From Anaerolineales bacterium UBA5195 (GTDB lineage: Bacteria > Chloroflexota > Anaerolineae > Anaerolineales > Villigracilaceae), in assembly GCA_002412925.1 (NCBI GenBank), contig DHVZ01000045.1, forward strand, positions 1,541 through 65,540: a DNA stretch of 64,000 nucleotides, given 5' to 3'. This document shows, one piece after another, positions 29,994 through 37,861 of this stretch (the stretch's first letter is position 1; every line of letters begins with the position of its first letter). The position numbers and the translations under genes are program-made. The notes under the pieces were generated by a model that made no database searches, was not told where the DNA came from, and saw nothing but the letters and a program-made list of their open reading frames with translations.

Positions 29994-30736
29994 AGAAGAC
30001 CTGCCAGTTTTAGGACTGCTCCGGCAACCAGGGCTGCAATAATCAACCATCGCAATAGATCTTGCACCACCAGGCTGGCAGCGTGGGTTGCCCCGGCCTG
30101 GACGTAGGCCCCCGCGGCGAACAGTTCTTCCCCAATCAGCGGTTCGGCGGAGGCGGCATACAGCACTGCCTGGGCCGGCAGGCTTTCACTGGCAGCGATG
30201 ATTGGAGCGTTCTGACGGTCAGCGGCCTCGATCAGCAAGCCAACTTCCGGGCCAAAGCTCCCAATCAATATATTGGTGGAGATATTTTCATCACGGATGG
30301 AAGGCATAACCCCCGCCGCATAGGAAAGCGGGGTCAAGCCGGTCAGGCGGGCATGATTCATATCGAAAAGTTGGTCAACTGCCACAGACTCGTGGGCGGA
30401 GCGCAGCGTATCCTGTGCCAGCAAGTTGAGCACCCCGCTGCCGGTCGTAGCCACTGGCGGACAGTCGCTCAAGGAGGTGATCTCGCCCAGGCGGCGCAAC
30501 AATGCCAGGCCAGCCAGCGCAGAGGCGCCTGCCGGGGTCAGGACGCTGGCGCTGCCAAGTGAAACGTGCAAGCGTGTCCCATCCTCGACAACCATGCTGG
30601 CTGCGCGGCGGACGCGTGAAAAAGCGCGGATATTGCGAAATGAAAATGGGGAGCGCCGGTGAATGAAAGCAAATACCGCCATAAAAACGGCCACCAGCCC
30701 AACGATACCAAGCCCGGCAAAACCTATGGGGGTCAC
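29990..30736 (-). CDS. Bitopic protein: N-terminal TM, soluble domain, C-terminal TM (unknown)
   Basis: GTG 30736 forms a GTGA overlap with the upstream stop. TMs GLGIVGLVAVFMAVFAFI and LIIAALVAGAVLKLAGLL. Confidence 0.55.
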   Translation of the reverse strand: MTPIGFAGLGIVGLVAVFMAVFAFIHRRSPFSFRNIRAFSRVRRAASMVVEDGTRLHVSLGSASVLTPAGASALAGLALLRRLGEITSLSDCPPVATTGSGVLNLLAQDTLRSAHESVAVDQLFDMNHARLTGLTPLSYAAGVMPSIRDENISTNILIGSFGPEVGLLIEAADRQNAPIIAASESLPAQAVLYAASAEPLIGEELFAAGAYVQAGATHAASLVVQDLLRWLIIAALVAGAVLKLAGLL

Positions 30737-30981
30737 TGCGGCTTTCCTTTCAGCAAGTTGATAAAAGCCCTGGCTTCATCTTCCTGCTCCAACAAGTCTG
30801 CCAGCGCGCGCAATCCCTGATTGGCAGAAGCCGGGGCAAAGGGCTGACCAAGGTAAAGCGCCTGCGCACCCAGAACATTCAACGGGCCTCCGGCTTCGAG
30901 AAACCAGGCTGCCAGATCAGTCAACCCCTGCCTGCGCAGGAAATCCGTCCATATCGGCCAATACGCGCGTGACGAATTCAT
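30733..30981 (-). CDS. Small soluble protein (82 aa), first gene of the operon
   Basis: ORF with coding-like composition whose stop overlaps the next start. No recognised family. Confidence 0.45.
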   Translation of the reverse strand: MNSSRAYWPIWTDFLRRQGLTDLAAWFLEAGGPLNVLGAQALYLGQPFAPASANQGLRALADLLEQEDEARAFINLLKGKPQ

Positions 30982-31188
30982 ATTATTTTAAAGTATAGCA
31001 TATTATAGAACAAGCGTCACAGGATTGCATATCGTCTTTATTACAAGCCTCAAGAAGCTTCGCTCTTTGGGAATCTCCGCGGTAAGCCCCGCATACAACG
31101 GGGGAGGCCCTATATCCAGATTGGGAATTGTGAGTGATAATTGGGATGGTTCGATAAAATTCTTTGTACAGATGTTCCCGGAGAATAT

Positions 31189-31626
31189 ATGCAAACGATC
31201 AGTTCACTCGGCCATGCCGAGGCCCAGAAAGCCATCGAAGTTATCCAGGCTGAAATGCTCAAACGAGGCCAGGCTGCCGTCATCGCTGTTGCGGATGCGC
31301 ATGGTGAGTTGATTGCCCTGCTACGCGTGGACGGCGCGCCGTTTACCTCGATCCAGATTGCGGCGAACAAAGCCTATACCGCAGCGCGTGACCGCAAGGC
31401 CTCGCGTGATATTGGTCAAGCCTCCCGTGATCCCCAGAATGGTTTTGAGATTGCCTATTACGGTGACCCGAAAATCCTGGGCTGGGGCGGCGGATTACCC
31501 GTTGTGCTGGAGAACGCTGTCGTTGGCGCGGTTGGCGTCAGCGGCCTGCCTGAAGCCGAAGACATCGAGTTGGCTCAGATGGGTGTCGAAGCGATTCGGA
31601 ATATGGCGGGGAATTTTCAGAGATGA
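31189..31626 (+). CDS. GlcG/HbpS-like (DUF336) haem-degrading/haem-binding family protein
   Basis: ATG 31189 with a GGAG RBS. AVIAVADAHGELIALLRVDGAP..SIQIAANKAYTAA..GGGLPV..GAVGVSG is the typical DUF336 pattern. Confidence 0.75.
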   Translation: MQTISSLGHAEAQKAIEVIQAEMLKRGQAAVIAVADAHGELIALLRVDGAPFTSIQIAANKAYTAARDRKASRDIGQASRDPQNGFEIAYYGDPKILGWGGGLPVVLENAVVGAVGVSGLPEAEDIELAQMGVEAIRNMAGNFQR

Positions 31627-32234
31627 ACGAAGAGGCCTCCCTTGACCGGCGGATTACCCGTACCAAAGTTGCCATCCGCGCGGCGTTGGTGGCTTTGATC
31701 GAGGAGAAAGGGTTCGAGGCGTTATCGGTGAGCAATATCACCAAGCGGGCGGATATCAACCGCGGCACATTTTACCTGCATTACAAGGATAAGTTTGACC
31801 TACTTGAACAGACCGAAGCGGATATCATCCGGGATTTCGAAGAAATCATCCTGCGGGCCAATGCCTTGAATTTTGCGGATTTCAACAGCGTGGATAAGCC
31901 GCTGCCGGTGGTGGTGGTTTTGTTCGAATATTTGAAGGAGAATGCCGCCTTAATGCACGCCATTTTGGGTTTGAAAGGCGGCATCGCCTTTCAAACCCGG
32001 CTGAGACAAACGGTGGAGAAAAACCTGAAGCTCGGCTTCCTGGCCGGGATAAAAGCCGAAAACTTCCTGGTGAAGAGTGAATACCTGATTTCTTATGCGC
32101 TTTCCGCCCATTTTGGCGTCATCCAGACCTGGCTGCAAAAGGGTTGCATGGAATCTCCGCATGAGATGGCAATTGTCCTGTCGAAATTGTCGTTGTATGG
32201 ACCGCTGCGCATGACAGGTTATGTTTTGCCATAA
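31623..32234 (+). CDS. TetR/AcrR family transcriptional regulator
   Basis: ATGA overlap with the upstream gene. N-terminal HTH TKVAIRAALVALIEEKGFEALSVSNITKRADINRGTFYLHYKDKFDL. Confidence 0.85.
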   Translation: MNEEASLDRRITRTKVAIRAALVALIEEKGFEALSVSNITKRADINRGTFYLHYKDKFDLLEQTEADIIRDFEEIILRANALNFADFNSVDKPLPVVVVLFEYLKENAALMHAILGLKGGIAFQTRLRQTVEKNLKLGFLAGIKAENFLVKSEYLISYALSAHFGVIQTWLQKGCMESPHEMAIVLSKLSLYGPLRMTGYVLP

Positions 32235-32258
32235 CTCTGTTCGACGGGCAACTCGCAG

Positions 32259-32290
32259 AAAAACAGCCCTTTCTATCCGGGCTGTTTTTC
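32259..32290 (+). terminator. Intrinsic terminator
   Basis: A-run, stem CAGCCC/GGGCTG, 9-nt loop, TTTTT. Confidence 0.65.
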
Positions 32291-32426
32291 GTTAAGGGAT
32301 GTCAAGCAACCTTGTTGGCCTGTTTGTGTTTTTAATTTTTGGATACTTGTCTACGCAAGTGGCTGGAGATAATGAACATTTTCCAGAAAAATGTTTATTA
32401 TTCATCAGAAAAGCTGGTTTTGTTTG

Positions 32427-32455
32427 TTGACGCGCGCCGCCCATATCCCTATACT
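32427..32455 (+). promoter_or_regulatory. Candidate sigma70-type promoter for the activase-fusion gene
   Basis: TTGACG (32427-32432), 17-nt spacer, TATACT (32450-32455). Confidence 0.5.
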
Positions 32456-32464
32456 AAGGCAGAT

Positions 32465-32483
32465 AATCAACAAGCTGTTGATT
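32465..32483. promoter_or_regulatory. Perfect 8-bp inverted repeat just downstream of the -10 (operator candidate)
   Basis: AATCAACA-AGC-TGTTGATT, located 10 nt after the -10 hexamer. A TetR gene lies immediately upstream. Confidence 0.4.
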
Positions 32484-32616
32484 CGTTAATCGAAAATCAT
32501 TTTTTTGCAAGTGCGTTGCCCTAGCCCGAAAGGTGATCGTTGTTGAACGGGTTCATGCCAGGCGAAAGGACCTTTTCAACTGGGTGTGGCGCACTCAATC
32601 TGTTCGTGGAGTACCT

Positions 32617-35600
32617 ATGAAGACTTATTCTTACCGATTGGGGGTCGACATCGGTTCGATGACCGCAAAAGTTGTCATTCTTGACCGAAACGGTGAAATC
32701 AGTTTTTCAGCCTATCGTCGTCACAACACGGAAACGCTGGCGACACTGCAATCCATCCTGTGTGAGGCGTTGGAAAAACTTGGCAATGCCAATATCGAGT
32801 TCCTGGTGACCGGTTCTGCCGGGATGGGCGTGGCTGAAAAATATGACCTGCCGTTCATTCAGGAGGTGGTTGCCTCTGCCGAGGTGATTCACCAGCGCTA
32901 TCCGCAGGTGCGGACGCTGATCGACATCGGCGGGGAGGATGCGAAAGTCATCTTTTTCGATGAGCAGTACCGTCCCGACATCCGCATGAATGGTTCGTGT
33001 GCCGGGGGGACGGGCGCGTTCATCGACGAGATGGCAACCTTGCTGGGAGTGCCCGTCTCGGATTTGGACAGCCTTGCCAGCCGTTCTACCACTATTTATC
33101 CGATGGCCTCGCGCTGCGGGGTCTTTGCCAAAACCGATTTACAGAATCTGCTCAGCCGCCAGGTGCCGAAGGAGGATATAGCCGCGTCTGTCTTTCATGC
33201 GGTGGTGCTGCAAACACTGGCAACCCTGGCGCGTGGGCGGGATCTGCGCCCCACCTTGTTATTTAGCGGCGGGCCGTTTACGTTCATGCCCTCGCTGAAA
33301 ACGGCGTTCCTCAGGGTGTTGAACTTGTCGGAAACCGATGTGGTCAACGCGGAATCACCGGAGTTGCTGCCAGCGTTGGGAGCGGCACTTGCACAGAACG
33401 TGAGCCGAAGGGCGGGAACGATTCAGGGGTTGATCGACACTTTAGCGGAGGAAAAAGTCCATGCCCAGGCGCAGGTAAACCGGCATGAGCCTTTGTTCGA
33501 GTCAGCAAAGCAGTATCAGGATTGGGTTGAGAATCACAAAAATCAGCGGATTGAAAGAATTGACGTAGCAGATTGCGCTGATGATGATTATTTCCTCGGA
33601 ATTGATTCGGGCTCGACAACCACCAAGGTGGTGCTGATTGATGCGCAGGGACGGGTGGTCTTCAGCTATTATGCCAGTAATGGCGGGAATTCCATCAAAG
33701 CGGCACAAAACGGGCTAACGAAGTTGCGCGAGGCATTTGCCCCCCTGTCCTTCGGACATCCCCCCATTTTAGACTGCACTTCGTCGAAAATGGGGGGAAC
33801 GAGAGGGGTGGGGGAGGCAGGGAGGGGATCGGTGCCGCGCATCGCCCGCAGTGTGGTGACCGGTTACGGGGAGGATTTGATCCGCGCGGCGTTTGGCATG
33901 GATGAGGGGATGGTCGAGACGCTGGCGCATTTTCGGGCCGCGCAGGCCTTCGATCCGCAGGTGACTTTTATCCTGGATATCGGCGGGCAGGATATGAAGG
34001 TGATTTTCATCAAAGACGGGCAAATCCAGAAGATCGAGATCAACGAGGCCTGTTCATCGGGCTGTGGCTCGTTCATCGAGTCGTTTGCGCGCAACATGGG
34101 CTACGGGGTGGCAGATTTTGCCGGGCTGGCTTGCACCGCCGAGTCGCCGTATAACCTGGGAACGCGCTGTACCGTCTTTATGAATTCGCGCGTCAAACAG
34201 GCGCTGCGCGAAGGTGCAAAAATCAACGATATTTCGGCAGGGCTGGCTTATTCGGTCATCAAAAATGCGCTCTATAAGGTTTTGAAAATCACCAATACGG
34301 ATATTTTGGGCGAACAGATTGTGGTGCAGGGCGGAACCTTCCGCAACCCGGCGGTGCAGAAAGCGCTGGAAACACTGATTGGCCGCCCGGTGGTCTGCCC
34401 GGATTTGGCAGAGTTGATGGGCGCCTATGGCGCGGCGCTGACAGCACGCGATACATGGCAGGCGATGTCCCTTGAACTCGGCCCTCTCCCAGAGGGAGAG
34501 AGGGTAAGCACGTTTATTGGGCTGGAGAGCGTGGACGAGTTAGGCGAGTACCGGCGGCATGATATCCGCTGCCGGGGCTGCGAGAATAATTGTACGGTCA
34601 CAAAGCTCGGTTTCCCAAACGGGAACAGCTTCTTTTCAGGCAACCGCTGTGAGAAAATCTATTCCAATGGTGGGAAAGCCGAGCCCCGTGCTGGAACCGG
34701 GACTACCTCGCGGAAGGGCGTCAGTGTCCCGGCGCTCAAATATGCGCTGTTGTTCGACCGCGATGGTTCGCCCTCACCCTCCGCCCTCACCCAAAAGGGG
34801 AGGGGACTTAAGCCCCTCTCCCCAAGGGAGAGGAGCTGGGGTGAGGGAAATCCCCTTACGATTGGCATTCCCCGCGTACTGAATATGTTTGAGAACTACC
34901 CCTTCTGGCACGCACTATTCACGGAATGTGGGCTCCAAGTTCGGCTTTCCGCGCCATCGAGCAATGCGCTCTATCAGGGCGGGGCGGCGCAGATCATGTC
35001 GGAAAACCTGTGTTTTCCCGGTAAACTGGTCAGCGGGCATATCATGGACTTGATTCGGGCCGGGGTGGACCGCATTTTCTACCCGATGGTTTTTTACGAG
35101 AAAAGCGAATTCGCCGACGCGAACAATACCTATAACTGCCCGGTGGTCTCTGGCTACCCGGATGTTATCCGCTCGGCGATTGACCCTCAGCACAACCACA
35201 ACATCCCGCTTGACATGCCCGCGATCACCTTCCGCGATGACGATTTGCTGGATAAGGCTTGCACAAAGTACCTGCGCGGGCTAGGCATCCAGCCTGGCGT
35301 GATCAAAAAGGCGCTCAAAAAAGCGCGGGTGGCGCAGGACGAGTTCAAACAACAAGTGATTGAGATGGGTGCGGAAGTCATCCGCGATTCGGAAACCAGC
35401 GGGCGACCGCTGATCCTGCTGATGGGACGACCCTATCACATTGACCCGCTCATCAACCACAACGTCCCCGACTTACTCACCGATTTCGGCGTGGATGTGA
35501 TGACCGAAGACTGCCTCCCGATGACCGGCGAGGCGCTTAATAACCGGTATGTCATGACGCAATGGGAGTACTTGAATCGTTATTTCCACGCTGCACGCTG

Positions 35601-37122
35601 GGTGGGGCAGCATGAAAACGTCGAACTGGTGCAGCTTAATTCCTTTGGCTGCGGGCCGGACCCATTCCTGCTCGACGAAATCCGCGCGATCCTGGCGGAA
35701 TATGGCAAACGTCCTACTGTCATCAGGATTGACGAAATCGAGAGTGCCGGTTCGACGAAATTGCGTCTGCGCTCGATGATGGAATCCCTGCGACAGGCAG
35801 ACCATCACTCCACCCGTGTCCGCATCCCGCGCAAATCGACGAAATCCTACCAACCGGAGGACCGCGTCCGCACCCTGATCGTCCCCGATTTCTCCCCGTT
35901 CACCTCCCCGCCGATTGTGCGTCCGTTCATCGACCTGGGTTACCAGATTAAGCAATTGCCTGAGCCGGATCACGCTTCGGTGGATGTGGGGCTGAAATAC
36001 ACCAATAACGAAATTTGTTACCCCGGCATCATCACGCTCGGAGATTTGGTCAAGGCGCTCCAATCTGGCGATTATGACCTGAGCCGCACCGCGATCGGTT
36101 TTTCGCAGACTGGCGGGCAGTGCCGCGCAACCAGCTACCCATCTATGATCAAAAAGGCGTTGGTGGCGGCTGGCTTCGAAAATGTGCCGGTGGTGACGCT
36201 TTCCACCAACCTGGGCCTGACCAGCATGAATGACCAGCCGGGCTTCGATTTCAACCGGCGCGATTACATCTACAAAGCCGCGATTGGGATGATGTTCAAC
36301 GATGCGCTCTCGGAGATGTATCACTCGACGATCGTTCGCGAGAAACATAAAGGCGAGACGCAGGTTCTGGCAGATAAGTACCTCAACTGGTTCATGGACG
36401 GGACGATCCCTGTTACCAAGACCGCGCTGCTCGCATGGCTGGAACGCGCCGTGGAGGATTTCAATGCCATTCAAACGAACCCCGGGCAGCCTCCGCGGGT
36501 GGGGATTGTCGGTGAGATTTATGTCAAGTACAATGCTTTCTCTAACAACCATGTTGCCCGTTGGCTGATGGAGCAGGGTCTCGAAGTGGTCATGCCCACA
36601 TTCTTTGAATTTTTTGATGGCGGACTGGTCAGCAGCAATCATGCAGTCAAGACCCATGTTCAAAAGCGTGATACAAAATGGTTAATTGATATCCTCGGGC
36701 AAAAGTTGATGAGTTGTTTCCTGCGTCAGTTCGACCATGTGATGAGAGCCTACTCTCGTTACCATGCGCATCATAGCATCCACGAGGTGGCTGCGCACGC
36801 GCAGGAAATCTTGAGCCTGAACCATCAATACGGCGAAGGTTGGCTGATTGCTGGCGAAATTGCCTCCTTTGCGCGCAATGGCGTCAATAATGTCTTATGT
36901 TTACAGCCCTTTGGTTGTATTGCCAACCACGTCATCGCCAAGGGCGTCCAGAAACGCTTGCAGGAGAAGTATCCGCAGATCAACCTGCTCTTTCTGGATG
37001 CGGACGCGGGGGTGAGCGAAGTGAATTTCTTCAACCGGATGCACTTTTTCGTCAACCATGCGAAGAGTTCAGCCAACCCTGTGGGACAGTTTGCTGAATT
37101 GTCTTACGCAACGCTGGAGTAA
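32617..37122 (+). CDS. Fusion of two BcrAD/BadFG/HgdC-type activase ATPase domains with 2-hydroxyacyl-CoA-dehydratase-like (BCR/HAD family, DUF2229-type) domains
   Basis: Two ASKHA modules (LGVDIGSMTAKVV..CAGGTGAFIDE and LGIDSGSTTTKVV..ACSSGCGSFIE), a Cys cluster CRGCENNC, IGIPRVLNMFENYPFW, and NSFGCGPD. 1501 aa from ATG 32617. Confidence 0.85.
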   Translation: MKTYSYRLGVDIGSMTAKVVILDRNGEISFSAYRRHNTETLATLQSILCEALEKLGNANIEFLVTGSAGMGVAEKYDLPFIQEVVASAEVIHQRYPQVRTLIDIGGEDAKVIFFDEQYRPDIRMNGSCAGGTGAFIDEMATLLGVPVSDLDSLASRSTTIYPMASRCGVFAKTDLQNLLSRQVPKEDIAASVFHAVVLQTLATLARGRDLRPTLLFSGGPFTFMPSLKTAFLRVLNLSETDVVNAESPELLPALGAALAQNVSRRAGTIQGLIDTLAEEKVHAQAQVNRHEPLFESAKQYQDWVENHKNQRIERIDVADCADDDYFLGIDSGSTTTKVVLIDAQGRVVFSYYASNGGNSIKAAQNGLTKLREAFAPLSFGHPPILDCTSSKMGGTRGVGEAGRGSVPRIARSVVTGYGEDLIRAAFGMDEGMVETLAHFRAAQAFDPQVTFILDIGGQDMKVIFIKDGQIQKIEINEACSSGCGSFIESFARNMGYGVADFAGLACTAESPYNLGTRCTVFMNSRVKQALREGAKINDISAGLAYSVIKNALYKVLKITNTDILGEQIVVQGGTFRNPAVQKALETLIGRPVVCPDLAELMGAYGAALTARDTWQAMSLELGPLPEGERVSTFIGLESVDELGEYRRHDIRCRGCENNCTVTKLGFPNGNSFFSGNRCEKIYSNGGKAEPRAGTGTTSRKGVSVPALKYALLFDRDGSPSPSALTQKGRGLKPLSPRERSWGEGNPLTIGIPRVLNMFENYPFWHALFTECGLQVRLSAPSSNALYQGGAAQIMSENLCFPGKLVSGHIMDLIRAGVDRIFYPMVFYEKSEFADANNTYNCPVVSGYPDVIRSAIDPQHNHNIPLDMPAITFRDDDLLDKACTKYLRGLGIQPGVIKKALKKARVAQDEFKQQVIEMGAEVIRDSETSGRPLILLMGRPYHIDPLINHNVPDLLTDFGVDVMTEDCLPMTGEALNNRYVMTQWEYLNRYFHAARWVGQHENVELVQLNSFGCGPDPFLLDEIRAILAEYGKRPTVIRIDEIESAGSTKLRLRSMMESLRQADHHSTRVRIPRKSTKSYQPEDRVRTLIVPDFSPFTSPPIVRPFIDLGYQIKQLPEPDHASVDVGLKYTNNEICYPGIITLGDLVKALQSGDYDLSRTAIGFSQTGGQCRATSYPSMIKKALVAAGFENVPVVTLSTNLGLTSMNDQPGFDFNRRDYIYKAAIGMMFNDALSEMYHSTIVREKHKGETQVLADKYLNWFMDGTIPVTKTALLAWLERAVEDFNAIQTNPGQPPRVGIVGEIYVKYNAFSNNHVARWLMEQGLEVVMPTFFEFFDGGLVSSNHAVKTHVQKRDTKWLIDILGQKLMSCFLRQFDHVMRAYSRYHAHHSIHEVAAHAQEILSLNHQYGEGWLIAGEIASFARNGVNNVLCLQPFGCIANHVIAKGVQKRLQEKYPQINLLFLDADAGVSEVNFFNRMHFFVNHAKSSANPVGQFAELSYATLE
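33760..33797. repeat. In-frame palindromic element within the fusion CDS
   Basis: CCCCCCATTTT, 16 nt, AAAATGGGGGG: an 11-bp perfect stem. The same arms occur intergenically at 60405-60431. Confidence 0.6.
34482..34504. repeat. In-frame GC-rich hairpin element within the fusion CDS
   Basis: CCCTCTCCC-AGA-GGGAGAGAGGG, encoding GPLPEGER. Confidence 0.5.
34771..34850. repeat. In-frame compound palindromic (REP/MITE-like) element within the fusion CDS
   Basis: CCCTCACCC (twice) pairs with GGGGTGAGGG, and the inner CCCCTCTCCCC pairs with GGGAGAGG. It encodes PSPSALTQKGRGLKPLSPRERSWGEG. Confidence 0.6.
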
Positions 37123-37125
37123 CCT

Positions 37126-37734
37126 GTGAACGAGACCCTATCCCTTACCTTCCGCCTTCAAATCCTGGCCCTGACCCTGCTCGGCTGGCTGGTGATCTAT
37201 TTCTTTGTCAACCGTCTTCAAGTGGCTCATGACCTCCGTCTTGATTTGGGCACAGAGTGGGACCGGAAAACTCCCTACCTGCCGTTCTTTGCGCTGGTCT
37301 ATTTTTCCACCTATATTTTTGTTGTCCAGCCGTTTTTCGTTTTGTCTGACGCCCGTCAGTTTTATTTGATGCTGGTCAGTTTCGTCTCCATCAGTGTCAT
37401 TTCCAGCCTGATCCATGCCACCGTTCCCAGCAAGATTGAGCGCGTCGAACAGGTGACCACAGGGGGCGTTTCCGGCTGGATGCTTGATCTCTTTCAAAAG
37501 ACCTGCAAACCCTACGGCAATTTTCCAAGTATGCACGTTGGGCTGTCGGTGCCGGTAGTGGTAACAAACTACATGGTAGGCGGACCTGTGATCGGGAGCC
37601 TGACACTTATCTGGGCGGTTTTGATTGCACTATCCACGCTGTTTACCAAGCAACACTATGTCCTGGATGTGCTGGCAGGTCTGCTAGGTGGGGTACTGAT
37701 TTTTGCGCTGACGTTCTGGTGGATGATGGGTTGA
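37126..37734 (+). CDS. PAP2-superfamily membrane protein (lipid phosphatase/phosphotransferase-like)
   Basis: GTG 37126, 3 nt after the upstream stop, with a GGAG RBS. 5-6 TM segments. The PSMHV and QHYVLDVLAGLLGG motifs match PAP2 C2/C3. Confidence 0.7.
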   Translation: MNETLSLTFRLQILALTLLGWLVIYFFVNRLQVAHDLRLDLGTEWDRKTPYLPFFALVYFSTYIFVVQPFFVLSDARQFYLMLVSFVSISVISSLIHATVPSKIERVEQVTTGGVSGWMLDLFQKTCKPYGNFPSMHVGLSVPVVVTNYMVGGPVIGSLTLIWAVLIALSTLFTKQHYVLDVLAGLLGGVLIFALTFWWMMG

Positions 37735-37861
37735 ACCAAAACACCTTTTGAAAGGATTCTGACAAGCAATTTTTATATTCTCCATGGCCGGAAGGTTGTA
37801 TAATTTTATCAAGCCCTGCGTGTGAAGCCCAAATGCGAACCATAGCTTGAGGAGGTTTGCT

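Noticed and set aside
30982-31188. Specific promoter assignment for the eight-gene operon (TATAAT at 31007-31002, TATACT at 30997-30992 on the minus strand)
   Set aside because: The -10-like hexamers are present, but I found no good -35 element at proper spacing. The region is AT-rich, so such matches are expected by chance. I treat it only as a general promoter region.
35473-36663. 396-aa minus-strand ORF antisense to the activase-fusion gene
   Set aside because: Shadow ORF. The plus strand carries conserved BCR/HAD-family motifs throughout this interval.
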